A stretch of 64,000 bases of DNA, from positions 1 to 64,000 of IMG/VR virus record IMGVR_UViG_3300032249_000925. One strand, 5' to 3'. A program made the position numbers and the translations under genes. This DNA comes from a virus. Under the pieces are notes generated by a model. It saw only the letters and a program-made list of their open reading frames with translations. It was not told where the DNA came from and did not search any database. Shown piece after piece: positions 36,540 to 46,326 of the stretch; position 1 is the stretch's first letter, and each line of letters begins with the position of its first letter.

Positions 36540-36814
36540 TAGTTTAGGTTCCTGTTAGGTGGTTCGTTGTCTAAAAAGTCTATAAGCTTTTGTTGCATTT
36601 CGGGAGACAGTTCTTGGAAACTATCCTCAGTAACTGGGCGACTTTGCTTAGCAAATTCGCCCGACTTAAACATACGCTGAAGTTCTGCAATAAATTCGTC
36701 TAGCTCGGCCTGCGTACCGTCAAATTCGTCAAAACAACCCGGCGCAAATTCTAGTTGCATTTGTTCAGGATTAGAGTCTTCAGGCTCAGTAATATCATCA
36801 AACTTTCGCATCAT
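36539..36814 (-). CDS. Hypothetical acidic protein
   Basis: FAPGCFDEFDGTQAELDE; AGGAG RBS. Confidence 0.6.
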   Translation of the reverse strand: MMRKFDDITEPEDSNPEQMQLEFAPGCFDEFDGTQAELDEFIAELQRMFKSGEFAKQSRPVTEDSFQELSPEMQQKLIDFLDNEPPNRNLN

Positions 36815-37260
36815 CAGACTCCTGTTTTTTATCCAACAACCACGTCATATGCTCGATTTCATCCCAGTAAAGCTGCAGTGCAGTGATGCGGTCTACTTGG
36901 TACAATTCCATTACTGCTTCTAGTGCTTGTTTGTTCATCAGTCTAATTCTCCAGTAGGTACACCGGTGCACACAAGAATATCTGCAAGCATATACAGTGC
37001 TTCAAGAATCTCGGCATCAGTTAAAAAATCTTTAAGTGGACTACCACATTGTTCCTGCCATACAGCATGGACAACTTTTTCTGCTAAATGTTTATTCACC
37101 GCGCAACTCCTTATCCTGTTTGCCTACTTCGTAGGCAGCTTTAAGCCACGGCAGCATTTTGTCATACAACTCTTCGTTGTTGCCAAGATCCTCCAGCAGT
37201 CGCTCAGCACGAAAACCAAAGCCTTCTAGCTCATAAAACCAGGCGTAAAACGCCTCTAAA

Positions 37261-37455
37261 TTATTCGGCATTGTTATCCTCCACTACTTCCCACATACGC
37301 ATATAAAAATGATTACCGTAGCTTTCACGTACTTCGTCAGGATAACCTGCCCAGTACAGCCAGTTGTCTACATCCGGATCTTTAGTGCTATCCCAGATCT
37401 GCGGAAATCCATACCGCCAACCGCCCGGCGGGTCAATCCATAGTTTTTTAGTCAT
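37261..37455 (-). CDS. Hypothetical phage protein
   Basis: IDPPGGWRYGFP motif. Confidence 0.65.
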   Translation of the reverse strand: MTKKLWIDPPGGWRYGFPQIWDSTKDPDVDNWLYWAGYPDEVRESYGNHFYMRMWEVVEDNNAE

Positions 37456-37610
37456 ATAGTTTTACCGTCCTTAAGTTTACATTCGCCAACAGCTTTACTA
37501 GCACAACGACTAAACTTTACACACCAATCGTTATATGTTTTAGCCAGGTTAGAACCTGGTGGATGGCCCGCATTATGATGATGTTTACAGTCCTTACAAT
37601 GTTTGTTCAC
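37452..37610 (-). CDS. Small Cys/His-rich protein
   Basis: CKDCKHH...C...C...C. Confidence 0.5.
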   Translation of the reverse strand: MNKHCKDCKHHHNAGHPPGSNLAKTYNDWCVKFSRCASKAVGECKLKDGKTI

Positions 37611-37700
37611 TGCTATGCCCTTTTCAAAGTATAATATATTATAGCACAAACACAAAGGGCATTCAACTGCAAAATATTGCCGCTGAATGCCCCCAAGGTG

Positions 37701-37889
37701 TTACTGATACTTATCTTCTGGTGGTTCAAACTCAAACCATTCGTGCACTTCATTCATTACATTATGTAGTACTTGCTCAACAATTTGATCTCTACTAGGT
37801 TGTTCTGTGTACTTAAAGCTGCGGTAAACGCCGGTTTGTACGCCGTCTTCAATGCAACGCTCTAGTAGTTTTAATATGTTAGCTTTCAT
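37701..37889 (-). CDS. Hypothetical protein
   Basis: GAGG RBS; ORF. Confidence 0.6.
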   Translation of the reverse strand: MKANILKLLERCIEDGVQTGVYRSFKYTEQPSRDQIVEQVLHNVMNEVHEWFEFEPPEDKYQ

Positions 37890-37961
37890 ACATACCTCAA
37901 TTATTTTCTAGCAGGACAATTCCGGCCCTCTTTACAGTTATGATTACAGGGCGGGCAAGTT

Positions 37962-38231
37962 TTAGTGTAGTCCATAGTGTTTAAGAATTGCTTGATCAAC
38001 TTTTTCCTCGTCTAATAGTGCTAATTTAGCTTGTAGTGCACATTGCCTAATAATGTTTTCACCAAACAACATTAACATTAGTTCAATTTTTTGTTCTTCT
38101 GAAAACTTTGCCAGTTGCGGATTGTTTAGCTGCATATGTGCACTGTAGGCAGCTTCCTGCATAGGCTTAGGCATTTGAGGAATTTGTGGCTTTTGTTGTG
38201 GCAATAGTTGTTGTAATACTTGATCAATCAT
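37962..38231 (-). CDS. Hypothetical protein
   Basis: Coupled ORF. Confidence 0.55.
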   Translation of the reverse strand: MIDQVLQQLLPQQKPQIPQMPKPMQEAAYSAHMQLNNPQLAKFSEEQKIELMLMLFGENIIRQCALQAKLALLDEEKVDQAILKHYGLH

Positions 38232-38434
38232 CGGACTAGGCCGCCTTTGTTGTTAATACCCTTAAGGTCATTGAGGTTAAATACAGGAAAATAGTGTCCT
38301 TTATGCATTGGTACAATAGTACGAGTAACCTGCTTGCTAGCAGCTTCACCACAAGGCATACACAATTTTTTAGTGTGTTTAAGTGCCCAACGGCGCGGAT
38401 CTACTGGTTCATCACAACGGCGACAATTATGCAT
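38228..38434 (-). CDS. Zn-finger protein
   Basis: CRRC...CMPC, PMHK. Confidence 0.6.
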   Translation of the reverse strand: MHNCRRCDEPVDPRRWALKHTKKLCMPCGEAASKQVTRTIVPMHKGHYFPVFNLNDLKGINNKGGLVR

Positions 38435-38598
38435 TTGTTTTATCTTTAGTGTGGTTTTTAATCTGTTCGTATTGCTCTGGAGTTAGTGGCCCATCGTCTT
38501 CAGGATAATGCGGCTGCTGTTGTTGCATCATACGGTATACACGATTACGGCTAGTTCGTTGACTTGCAACACTCATCATTTGTTGCAGTATTTGACGT

Positions 38599-38943
38599 TT
38601 ACGCATTATTATCTCTGTTTATTAACTGCTTAGTAAGTTTTTTAATATGATTGTATAGTAGATTATATACTCCACGCTGCCCCGGCAGCCAATCTGGTTT
38701 TAGCATTAGTGTAGTTTCTTCGTCTTTGGTAACTAGAATTGGTTTATCTTCGCCGTTAAACCAACGTATTTTGCACATAACAAGTGTACATATTGGAGGA
38801 TTTGCTGGATTACCTTCATCGTCTTTTTCCGGACCTAAAGCTAAGCGAATCCCACCAGTTTGTTCTACTTTATCAAGTACAGTTCTTGGTAAGTCAACTA
38901 CCGTAATCGGTTCAAAATCTTTAGTATAAATAACAACATTCAC
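38599..38943 (-). CDS. Hypothetical protein
   Basis: GAGGA RBS, upstream promoter. Confidence 0.6.
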   Translation of the reverse strand: MNVVIYTKDFEPITVVDLPRTVLDKVEQTGGIRLALGPEKDDEGNPANPPICTLVMCKIRWFNGEDKPILVTKDEETTLMLKPDWLPGQRGVYNLLYNHIKKLTKQLINRDNNA

Positions 38944-38998
38944 GGTAAGTCCTCACTAACAAATAATATTATAGCAGGATTAGCTATAAAAATCAAGA

Positions 38999-39679
38999 TT
39001 AAATACTAAAAGTTTCTTCTGAAATGGTTTCTGGAAAAAACGCATTTACAGTAACGGGCGCAACTAACCTAAGTTGTTGTAGCACTAGCTTGGCAATTTC
39101 ACGATGTTCTTTTTGTGTAGTAATATCCAGGCGTTGCTGTAGGTAAAAAATCCAACTGCGCAGTGTACCATTCATGTACATTTTACTAGGCGTTAAGCCC
39201 TCAGGTAATATGGCTCTGGCCTGCTCTTTGGCTATACCATGATCTAATGCCCACTCATAGACTTCAGTAGTTTTTCTAATAAGTGTATCTTGCAGAATTT
39301 CCCATTGATATGCTGTTTGTCTTTGCTTATCATTGTTGTAGTCAGTATCAATTGATGCTTGACGATTTTTTAAATCTTGAAACCTACACTCGCGTTGCTG
39401 TAATTTGCCTAGGCTATTTACATCTGCATAGCGCTGCGAAAACTCTTGAAAACTAAAACTACGATGGCGCAAAATCTGTCGGGCAATATCACGGGTAGTA
39501 GTAATTTCCAAACACACATTAGCCATTTCAAATGGTGACACATGTCCGTGTTTGATCATGTACTGCAATAATCCAGTAATATTTTTATTGTCTTGATTTT
39601 TAGGATTACTGACTCTAGCAATGTAAGCAATTTGCTCGTCAATATCCGGTGTTGCCCATTTAATTTTAACTTCTTGCAT
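38999..39679 (-). CDS. thyX: FAD-dependent thymidylate synthase
   Basis: HVSPFE, RQILRHRSFSFQEFSQRY, ARAILP. Confidence 0.95.
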   Translation of the reverse strand: MQEVKIKWATPDIDEQIAYIARVSNPKNQDNKNITGLLQYMIKHGHVSPFEMANVCLEITTTRDIARQILRHRSFSFQEFSQRYADVNSLGKLQQRECRFQDLKNRQASIDTDYNNDKQRQTAYQWEILQDTLIRKTTEVYEWALDHGIAKEQARAILPEGLTPSKMYMNGTLRSWIFYLQQRLDITTQKEHREIAKLVLQQLRLVAPVTVNAFFPETISEETFSI

Positions 39680-39686
39680 TTGCGTC

Positions 39687-40124
39687 CTATGTATAAAATA
39701 CGTGATTACCAATTTTATCTGTGCGTTCTAGCCTGCGCCAATTGGGCTTGACTTTTGTGTTGTGATAGTACATAGCAGGTGTTGTTGACACTTCTGGATT
39801 TAACATTACTAGTTTAGCTAAGTGTAGGCTTTCTGTCCAAGCCTGTTTATCTAAAATAGGCTTGTATTTACTTTTAGTCCAACTAAACTGCCCACGTTGA
39901 TAAACTACACCACAAATACTGTCGCGAAATTTACCGCTAGCAACTCTATTAAGCGTAACTTTAGCTACTGCTAGTTTTCCACGAAGTGATTCTCCACGAG
40001 CTTCGTGATAAATATTTTTAGCCAAACAAACAGTTTCGTCATTATAAACCCAAGACTTAGGTATAGGTGCTGAATCAATTAATTGTGGAAATGCTAACAA
40101 GCTTAATATTAGGAATTTTATCAT
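39687..40124 (-). CDS. Cell wall hydrolase (SleB/Hydrolase_2 family)
   Basis: CLAKNIYHEARGE...VTLNRV...QFSW...IGNHVFY; signal peptide. Confidence 0.9.
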   Translation of the reverse strand: MIKFLILSLLAFPQLIDSAPIPKSWVYNDETVCLAKNIYHEARGESLRGKLAVAKVTLNRVASGKFRDSICGVVYQRGQFSWTKSKYKPILDKQAWTESLHLAKLVMLNPEVSTTPAMYYHNTKVKPNWRRLERTDKIGNHVFYT

Positions 40125-40282
40125 TGTTATACCCTAAATTTTTGTTAAATTTAACACTATTAATTATAGCATAGGCAATAAACAAAATCAAGTTAATTTT
40201 GTTAAACCCAGTGTTAAAAAAATTTACATATTGTTTTTTGTTTATTGGTTATGTTATAATTTACAAAATCAGGAGAATTATA

Positions 40283-40459
40283 ATGGACAATTATGTTGAA
40301 CAACTAGAAAGGTTAATTGTTAAAGAGCTGCTGCCAGTATATGAAAAATATAATTGCGAACATGGATTAACTAATAGTAATAATATACCTGAAAATTTAT
40401 TGCAAAACATAAAACGCAAACAACAAATACCTGCGTTGCTAAAACCAAAACAAATTTAA
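40283..40459 (+). CDS. Hypothetical protein
   Basis: AGGAG RBS. Confidence 0.55.
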   Translation: MDNYVEQLERLIVKELLPVYEKYNCEHGLTNSNNIPENLLQNIKRKQQIPALLKPKQI

Positions 40460-40523
40460 AGTTGACAACAAAAACAAAGTGTTGTATAATATTAAAACTA
40501 TCCACTTATTTATTTAAATTATA

Positions 40524-40973
40524 ATGACTACCACTTTTACCACAAAGCTTCCAGAAATTAATACTACATTTAACACAATGGACGGCCCTGTTACTATTCC
40601 GGCTTTTAAAGCCGAAGACCTTAAACAACAAAAGTTTCAATTTACTAATGTTAGCTTTACAACAAACGCATTAAAATATGACGAAGACAAGCCGCCAATG
40701 AATTTACTAAGCCGAGAAGCCTTAGAGCAAACCGCAAAAGTAATGGCATTTGGCAAAGAAAAGTATGATGCACACAATTGGCGCAAAGGCTTTGCCTGGA
40801 GCCGACCCTTAAGCGCAGCAATGCGGCATATTATGGCATTTAACGATGGCGAAAACAAAGACCCCGAATCGGGCTTATCGCATCTAGCACATGCTGCTTG
40901 CTGTATTATGTTCCTTTTAGAATTTGAGAAAACTCACCAAGAACTAGATGATCGTTTCAAACCAATTAAATAA
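40524..40973 (+). CDS. dATP/dGTP diphosphohydrolase-domain protein (DUF5664-like)
   Basis: KYDEDK, FGKEKYDAHNWRKG, DPESGLSHLAHAACC. Confidence 0.8.
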   Translation: MTTTFTTKLPEINTTFNTMDGPVTIPAFKAEDLKQQKFQFTNVSFTTNALKYDEDKPPMNLLSREALEQTAKVMAFGKEKYDAHNWRKGFAWSRPLSAAMRHIMAFNDGENKDPESGLSHLAHAACCIMFLLEFEKTHQELDDRFKPIK

Positions 40974-41178
40974 TAAACTTGTTCGTGAACTTGTAGGCAC
41001 TAGAAAAGACTTAGCTGCCGCTTGTGAAGATTTAGGCCTTAGCTTTGAACAAGTAACAAAACAAGGCGGGCCCGGTGTACCACAGTGTACACACTGCGGC
41101 CGCTGGGAATTTAAACTAATCCCAGACTTAGACAATAATCCAATCTGCAAGTACTGCAGAGACATAGAAGGTATGTAA
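40948..41178 (+). CDS. Zn-ribbon protein
   Basis: CTHC...CKYC. Confidence 0.55.
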   Translation: MIVSNQLNNKLVRELVGTRKDLAAACEDLGLSFEQVTKQGGPGVPQCTHCGRWEFKLIPDLDNNPICKYCRDIEGM

Positions 41179-41237
41179 TTATTTTTGCAATAGCCTATTT
41201 AGGTATTGCACAACCCCGGGCTATGTGCCCATAACAC

Positions 41238-41257
41238 AATCTTGCTTTTAGGAGATT
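41238..41257 (+). promoter_or_regulatory. ROSE-like RNA thermometer hairpin
   Basis: AATCTTGCT-TTT-AGGAGATT: UUGCU pairs with the SD with a bulged G, directly before a sHsp ATG. Confidence 0.6.
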
Positions 41258-41260
41258 TCG

Positions 41261-41677
41261 ATGACTTTTGATGTTAGACTATTAAATCGTGCCCTGGTTG
41301 GGTTTGATGACTTTTTTAATGCTTTTGAAACACGCCATGCAAATCAGCTAAACACTAACTATCCTCCATATAATGTAATTAAATTTGGTGAAAATGACTA
41401 CATTATTGAAATGGCGGTCGCTGGTTTTAAACGTGATGAAATTACTATTGAACTAGAAAATGATGTGCTTAGTATTCGTGGTGTTAAACGCGATCAGAAA
41501 CCGGATACTGCACAGTATATATACCATGGACTAGGCAGTCGTGGATTTCAACGACAGTTTACACTGCATAATAACTTAGTAATAAAAGATGCCATCTTAG
41601 AAGATGGTATTCTTAAAGTACTAATCTTACACGTAATTCCAGAGGATAAAAAACCAAAACTAATTAAGATTAACTAA
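41261..41677 (+). CDS. Small heat shock protein (Hsp20, IbpA-like)
   Basis: YPPYNV, IEMAVAGF, YIYHGLGSRGFQRQF, LEDGIL. Confidence 0.95.
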   Translation: MTFDVRLLNRALVGFDDFFNAFETRHANQLNTNYPPYNVIKFGENDYIIEMAVAGFKRDEITIELENDVLSIRGVKRDQKPDTAQYIYHGLGSRGFQRQFTLHNNLVIKDAILEDGILKVLILHVIPEDKKPKLIKIN

Positions 41678-41736
41678 AAACTAATCTTGACAGGGCGGGT
41701 ATAATTTGTTATAATATATCTTTATCGGAGAATATT

Positions 41737-41922
41737 ATGGCTGGTTATACCCGCGATTTTTTGATTCAAGCATATGTTAGTCGTTATGAACCACTAGGAT
41801 TGGAAGCAGTAGAATCGCTATATAAACTTGCTGAAGCAGCTTATACTAAGTACGGCAAAGATAAATTTCGTGCTTATGCAAGCCTTGACGCAGAAACCCT
41901 ACGAAAATACAAAGGAAAATAA
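41737..41922 (+). CDS. Hypothetical protein
   Basis: TTGACA promoter and GGAG RBS. Confidence 0.6.
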   Translation: MAGYTRDFLIQAYVSRYEPLGLEAVESLYKLAEAAYTKYGKDKFRAYASLDAETLRKYKGK

Positions 41923-41923
41923 A

Positions 41924-42220
41924 ATGACTTATACACCTCAAGGTTGGATTGTTGTTGAAATTACAAGTGTTACAGGCGAAAAAATTGAAAAAGTTTTAGC
42001 TACTTGGGGCATTGATCAATGGAAGCTAAACAGCGGCAATAAGTACGCAGAAGAATTGCCAGACCGCTGGAAATTCCATGGCTATAGTGGTAGTATCTAT
42101 GTGTGCTATAAAGATAGCTATGGCACATCAGCATTTATACAAGATATTTACGACGACTTTGAACGTCAACTAAACCTAAGTGGAGGCAGTATTAAAATTG
42201 TAGACAAGTATAATGTTTGA
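41924..42220 (+). CDS. Conserved phage hypothetical protein
   Basis: YTPQGW...WKLNSG...FHGYSGSIY.C motif. Confidence 0.65.
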   Translation: MTYTPQGWIVVEITSVTGEKIEKVLATWGIDQWKLNSGNKYAEELPDRWKFHGYSGSIYVCYKDSYGTSAFIQDIYDDFERQLNLSGGSIKIVDKYNV

Positions 42221-43226
42221 TCAAACTGTGCAACGCATTGGTTTTGCCTGCAAAATTCAAGAATCGCAAGGCAAAGCTAATCCTAGCCTAAATACTAAAA
42301 CTACTACACTTACTTGGCTTAACAAACAAACACGCGATGTAGCAGTTGAGCGACTGTATGAAATTGCTGAACAAAATATTCAAGCACTACAACGTCAGCT
42401 TGTGTGGGTTGCTGCTCAACCAAAACACCTGCGTATGTTTAGATTGAGCAGCGATTTGCTGCCTGCGTATACTCATGAGGACTGGATGTGGGCCTACTTT
42501 GAACCTAGTATGGTTAAACTACTAGAAACTGGATTTGCAAAAGTAGGTGACTTAGCACGCAAACACGACATTAAAATCAGCTTTCACCCAGGTCAATTTT
42601 GTGTGTTAGCTAGTGAAAATCCCAATGTAGTAGAGAACTCAATTCAAGAATTCGAATATCACTGTGACATAATTCGTTACATGGGATATGGTCAACAATT
42701 TCAAGACTTTAAGTGCAATGTGCATATTGGCGGCAAGCTAGGTCCTGAAGGTATTAAACAAGCTGTGCGTAAACTTAGTCGCGAAGCACGCAACACACTA
42801 ACTATTGAAAATGCAGAATTTACGTGGGGCCTTGATGCCAGTCTTGAACTTGTGGATACTTGTGCTCTTGTTGTGGACATTCATCACCACTGGATTAACA
42901 CTGGTGAGTATTTGGATTGCAATGACCCTAAGCTAGAGCAAGTTTTAGAAAGCTGGCGCGGAGTCAGACCTACGCTACACTACAGTGTTAGCCGAGAAGA
43001 TCTACTCATTGATCATGATCCAAATGTCCTGCCCAATCTCAAAGAACTAAAGCTACAAGGATTTACTAGTGCTAAACTTAGAGCACATAGTGACTACTAC
43101 TGGAATAGTGCTGTTAATACCTGGGCTATGAGTTTTTTACCACGTTTTGACATTATGTGCGAGTCTAAAGAAAAGAATTTAGCCAGCCATGAATTTGCAA
43201 AATTTGCACTTGATTTTGCTTGCTAA
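42213..43226 (+). CDS. uvsE: UV-damage endonuclease
   Basis: RIGFACK, FRLSSDLLP, SFHPGQF, NVHIGG, LTIEN, DIHHH, RAHSDY, DIMCESKEK. Confidence 0.9.
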   Translation: MFDQTVQRIGFACKIQESQGKANPSLNTKTTTLTWLNKQTRDVAVERLYEIAEQNIQALQRQLVWVAAQPKHLRMFRLSSDLLPAYTHEDWMWAYFEPSMVKLLETGFAKVGDLARKHDIKISFHPGQFCVLASENPNVVENSIQEFEYHCDIIRYMGYGQQFQDFKCNVHIGGKLGPEGIKQAVRKLSREARNTLTIENAEFTWGLDASLELVDTCALVVDIHHHWINTGEYLDCNDPKLEQVLESWRGVRPTLHYSVSREDLLIDHDPNVLPNLKELKLQGFTSAKLRAHSDYYWNSAVNTWAMSFLPRFDIMCESKEKNLASHEFAKFALDFAC

Positions 43227-43246
43227 TTGTAGTATAATTTAAATAT

Positions 43247-43328
43247 GCCCCTTGATCAAGGGAAAATCTGGTCGAGCAATTAGTTCGCGGCACATCCAGA
43301 CACGGCGGCTAAACCCTTAGGCCGCTAC
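43247..43328 (+). ncRNA. Small structured RNA or 5' leader candidate
   Basis: Follows TTGATT-17-TATAAT; three GC-rich stems before the next ATG. Confidence 0.35.
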
Positions 43329-43342
43329 TAACAAAGCATTTT

Positions 43343-43942
43343 ATGGAACTAATTAACGATAGCGATGTTTGGATTAACTGTCCCACAGAGCACTTATGGG
43401 TATATGATAAACTTATTTTAGCAAAAAAGCTAGGATATAGTGCTGGTCCTGCTGGTATTTGTGTACCTAAAGCAGACTGGTATGTAGTAAGACCAATTAC
43501 TAATTGTCGTATGATGGGACTAGGCGCATATAGGGCTTGGTTAGTGCCGGACAAGGACACTATTCCAGATGGATATTTTTGGTGTGAATGGTTTAGTGGT
43601 AGACATATTACCATAGACTATAATTTTGGTCAACAAGGTTTAACAGCAGAAGGTATAAAATTTACTGGTTCCTTAAACAGATTTTCTAGTTGGGAAAAGA
43701 TTAAATACATTTACAAATTGCCAGATTGTTTGCAACAAGTAGCCAATGCTAGTAAGTGGTTAAACATTGAGTTAATTGATGGTAAGATTATTGAAGTACA
43801 CCTAAGATACAACGATGATTTTTCTGGACATAATGGTAGCATAATATGGCCTGTATGGGCGGACAAAAAAATTAGTCAGCCATCTAACACTAAATTTATA
43901 GAAAATGCCTGCGGCGCTAGACAGGGATTTTGGTATAAATAA
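43343..43942 (+). CDS. Hypothetical protein (possibly ATP-grasp-like)
   Basis: VRPITN, FWCEWFSGRH, NIELIDGKIIEVHLR. Confidence 0.6.
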   Translation: MELINDSDVWINCPTEHLWVYDKLILAKKLGYSAGPAGICVPKADWYVVRPITNCRMMGLGAYRAWLVPDKDTIPDGYFWCEWFSGRHITIDYNFGQQGLTAEGIKFTGSLNRFSSWEKIKYIYKLPDCLQQVANASKWLNIELIDGKIIEVHLRYNDDFSGHNGSIIWPVWADKKISQPSNTKFIENACGARQGFWYK

Positions 43943-43952
43943 AGGACATAAC

Positions 43953-44276
43953 ATGAGTCGTACACTAAAAGACAAAAAATGGAAACTTAAATTTCCTGAA
44001 TTAGACTATAGATTTGATAGCATTAAAATTACTAGCGATAATAGTTATAGTATTAGGTATATTCAACTACCTGGTGTAAAGCCCAAAAAGAAACGAGAAT
44101 TAGATACTGATTGGCACTGGCTTAATACAACGCCTAGTTGGTGGACTCGCCTAACCATGAATCGTCCACAGCGTCGTGCAGGACATATGTGGGAACAAAA
44201 AGTTTTACTAGAAACTGATTTAGAAATAACTGATCCTCCTGGTGTGGGACATAAACCGCACGTATATTATTATTAA
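43953..44276 (+). CDS. Hypothetical basic protein
   Basis: AAGGA RBS; TPSWW...RP.RR. Confidence 0.6.
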   Translation: MSRTLKDKKWKLKFPELDYRFDSIKITSDNSYSIRYIQLPGVKPKKKRELDTDWHWLNTTPSWWTRLTMNRPQRRAGHMWEQKVLLETDLEITDPPGVGHKPHVYYY

Positions 44277-44278
44277 TT

Positions 44279-44370
44279 AGAGAGTTGGCTGAGCGGCCGA
44301 AGGCAGCGGTTTGCTAAACCGTCGTATGCAGCGATGTGTACCGTGGGTTCGAATCCCACACTCTCTGCCA
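44279..44370 (+). tRNA. tRNA-Ser(GCT)
   Basis: Cloverleaf with long variable arm, anticodon loop TTGCTAA, GTTCGAATC, encoded CCA. Confidence 0.95.
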
Positions 44371-44378
44371 CAAATACT

Positions 44379-44690
44379 ATGAGCAGTAAAAGACAACAAG
44401 TAACAGCAATTATATACGACAAACGTGGGCGCGTGCTTAGCGTTGGACAGAATAGCTACATAAAGTCGCATCCTGTTCAAGCTCGGCACGCTAAACGCGT
44501 TGGTAAAGAACACCATATTTATCTACACGCAGAAATTGCAGCTATTACCCGTTGCCAAGACATTAGTCGTGCACACAAAATATTCGTTACTAGATATGAT
44601 GCTAATGGCAATCCTACCCTAGCCAAGCCCTGTGAAATATGTTGCAGCGCTATTAGTGTTACACCAATTAAAATTATAGAACATACTTAG
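44379..44690 (+). CDS. Zn-dependent deaminase (cytidine/dCMP deaminase fold)
   Basis: LHAE...KPCEIC. Confidence 0.8.
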   Translation: MSSKRQQVTAIIYDKRGRVLSVGQNSYIKSHPVQARHAKRVGKEHHIYLHAEIAAITRCQDISRAHKIFVTRYDANGNPTLAKPCEICCSAISVTPIKIIEHT

Positions 44691-44699
44691 GAGAGCACT

Positions 44700-44951
44700 A
44701 TGCCATGTATGCGATGCAGCAATGGTAAATATAAATACGGCGAACATGGCGACTGTATGTTTGATACACTAGCTAAATGTAAAGCGGCCGCGGCCGCTAT
44801 TCATATTAGTGAACCAGGACCACATGGTCCAATACCAGCAGGAAAAGATATGACACCAGTTCAACCTGTACAGCCCACAAACCCTATGCATGACCCAATG
44901 TGTCAATGTGCTGGGTGTAAGGGTATGTATCCTAAATATCCCACAAAATAA
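44700..44951 (+). CDS. Small Cys-rich protein
   Basis: AGGAG RBS; Cys clusters at both ends. Confidence 0.55.
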   Translation: MPCMRCSNGKYKYGEHGDCMFDTLAKCKAAAAAIHISEPGPHGPIPAGKDMTPVQPVQPTNPMHDPMCQCAGCKGMYPKYPTK

Positions 44952-44953
44952 TC

Positions 44954-45268
44954 ATGGACGCGTATACACAAAAAATTAGTGAGTACAATACTGCACTAGA
45001 TAAGATTATTGAAAAAGCTCAAAACCTAAAACGCGGCGATAGTGTAAGCTGGAACAGCAGCGGCGGCACAGCACGCGGAAAGATTACTAAAATAATTACT
45101 AGTGGCAGCGAGCAAGTACCAAATAGTAGTTTTAAAATTACTGGCACTGAGGAAGATCCCGGCGCTCTTATCAGAGTTTACGCTAAAGATGGTGATGTAT
45201 ACAAACCTACAGATACAATTGTAGGACATAAAGTAAAAACTTTAACAAAAATACCTAATCTAGATTAA
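44954..45268 (+). CDS. DUF2945/Tudor-like domain protein
   Basis: GDSVSWNSSGGTARGKITKI...VGHK. Confidence 0.6.
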   Translation: MDAYTQKISEYNTALDKIIEKAQNLKRGDSVSWNSSGGTARGKITKIITSGSEQVPNSSFKITGTEEDPGALIRVYAKDGDVYKPTDTIVGHKVKTLTKIPNLD

Positions 45269-45278
45269 AGGAACTAAC

Positions 45279-45464
45279 ATGATCAGATATGAACAAGTAG
45301 AAAGTTATGTAGATGAAATGCCAGAAAAACCGCCTAATCCTAAAACAGGGCGAGATGAAGACGACATGCCACAAGGCGGTGCAGAAACCATGCAAATCAA
45401 CATTGTTGACCGCGGTGGAGTTACACACGAAGGCGATATGGGTCGCCTAGGCAAAAGCGAATAA
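45279..45464 (+). CDS. Hypothetical protein
   Basis: AAGGA RBS. Confidence 0.55.
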   Translation: MIRYEQVESYVDEMPEKPPNPKTGRDEDDMPQGGAETMQINIVDRGGVTHEGDMGRLGKSE

Positions 45465-45504
45465 GCCTTAATTATTTGCAACACACAACACACAAGGATA
45501 TAAT

Positions 45505-45732
45505 ATGAATCCCTTTGAATTACGAACAAAATTACTAGAGATGGCCACAGACCATCTTAAACGTCAACATGAAATTAACTGCGACTTTGCCAAAGAAAGT
45601 TTTTCGCAGATGATTAAAACTGGTCAAGCTATTCAACAAGACTATCAAAAGTATATGCCTAAAATGTATACTTTTGAAGATGTGGTTAGCGAAGCACAAA
45701 AGCTATACGGGTTTGTCAATAATGCTAAGTAA
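45505..45732 (+). CDS. Hypothetical phage protein
   Basis: NPFELR..LL.MA...A.KLY.FV motif. Confidence 0.65.
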   Translation: MNPFELRTKLLEMATDHLKRQHEINCDFAKESFSQMIKTGQAIQQDYQKYMPKMYTFEDVVSEAQKLYGFVNNAK

Positions 45733-45883
45733 ATTGTGGCATAACCTACAGCAGCTATTTAAACCTTATGATCTTGACGATTATATCCGTGATTGTGACC
45801 CTAAAGACATTATGGAGCTAGAAGCTCGTATGCGTAACTGGGAACGCTACCAGCACGGCATGGATTTTCGTAACAGCTATTGA
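45722..45883 (+). CDS. DUF3563-like small protein
   Basis: DDYI...DIMELEARMRNWER. Confidence 0.45.
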   Translation: MLSKLWHNLQQLFKPYDLDDYIRDCDPKDIMELEARMRNWERYQHGMDFRNSY

Positions 45884-45892
45884 GATAATACA

Positions 45893-46027
45893 ATGAATAA
45901 ATATGAATGTGAAGTTTGTGGCAATGTGCATGACGAAGCAGTAGACGGCAAGTGGGACGAGTTACCACAGTTCTACTTGTGCCCTGAATGTGGATGCCAC
46001 AAAGACGAATACTTTTTAGTAGAGTAA
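45893..46027 (+). CDS. Rubredoxin
   Basis: Not in the ORF track; MNKYECEVCGNVHDE...WDELP...CPECG. Confidence 0.85.
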   Translation: MNKYECEVCGNVHDEAVDGKWDELPQFYLCPECGCHKDEYFLVE

Positions 46028-46060
46028 TAAAAGCCGCAAGTTAACCGCTTGCGGCTTTTA
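46028..46060 (+). terminator. Intrinsic terminator
   Basis: taaaagccgcaag/cttgcggcttttа-type inverted repeat followed by T-rich tract. Confidence 0.8.
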
Positions 46061-46181
46061 TTTTGACTATTTAATTTATAACTAGTAATGTGACAAGTTT
46101 TGTCGTATAGAAATAAAATTATAATTTTTAAGAAAATATTCGCACAAAAACACGTATAATTTTGGTAAAAAAATTAAGACA

Positions 46182-46210
46182 TTGACTTTTAATGCTCAAC
46201 ACTGTATAAT
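46182..46210 (+). promoter_or_regulatory. sigma70 promoter of the fibre operon
   Basis: TTGACT-17bp-TATAAT. Confidence 0.75.
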
Positions 46211-46326
46211 ATTAAAAGTTACAAAAATAATAACTAACTAGCATAGTTGGTTAAACACCAGATAATACTTGTTAGTATTATCTATTATTATAAACCCTAA
46301 AAAATAATAATAACAAGGGGAATATT

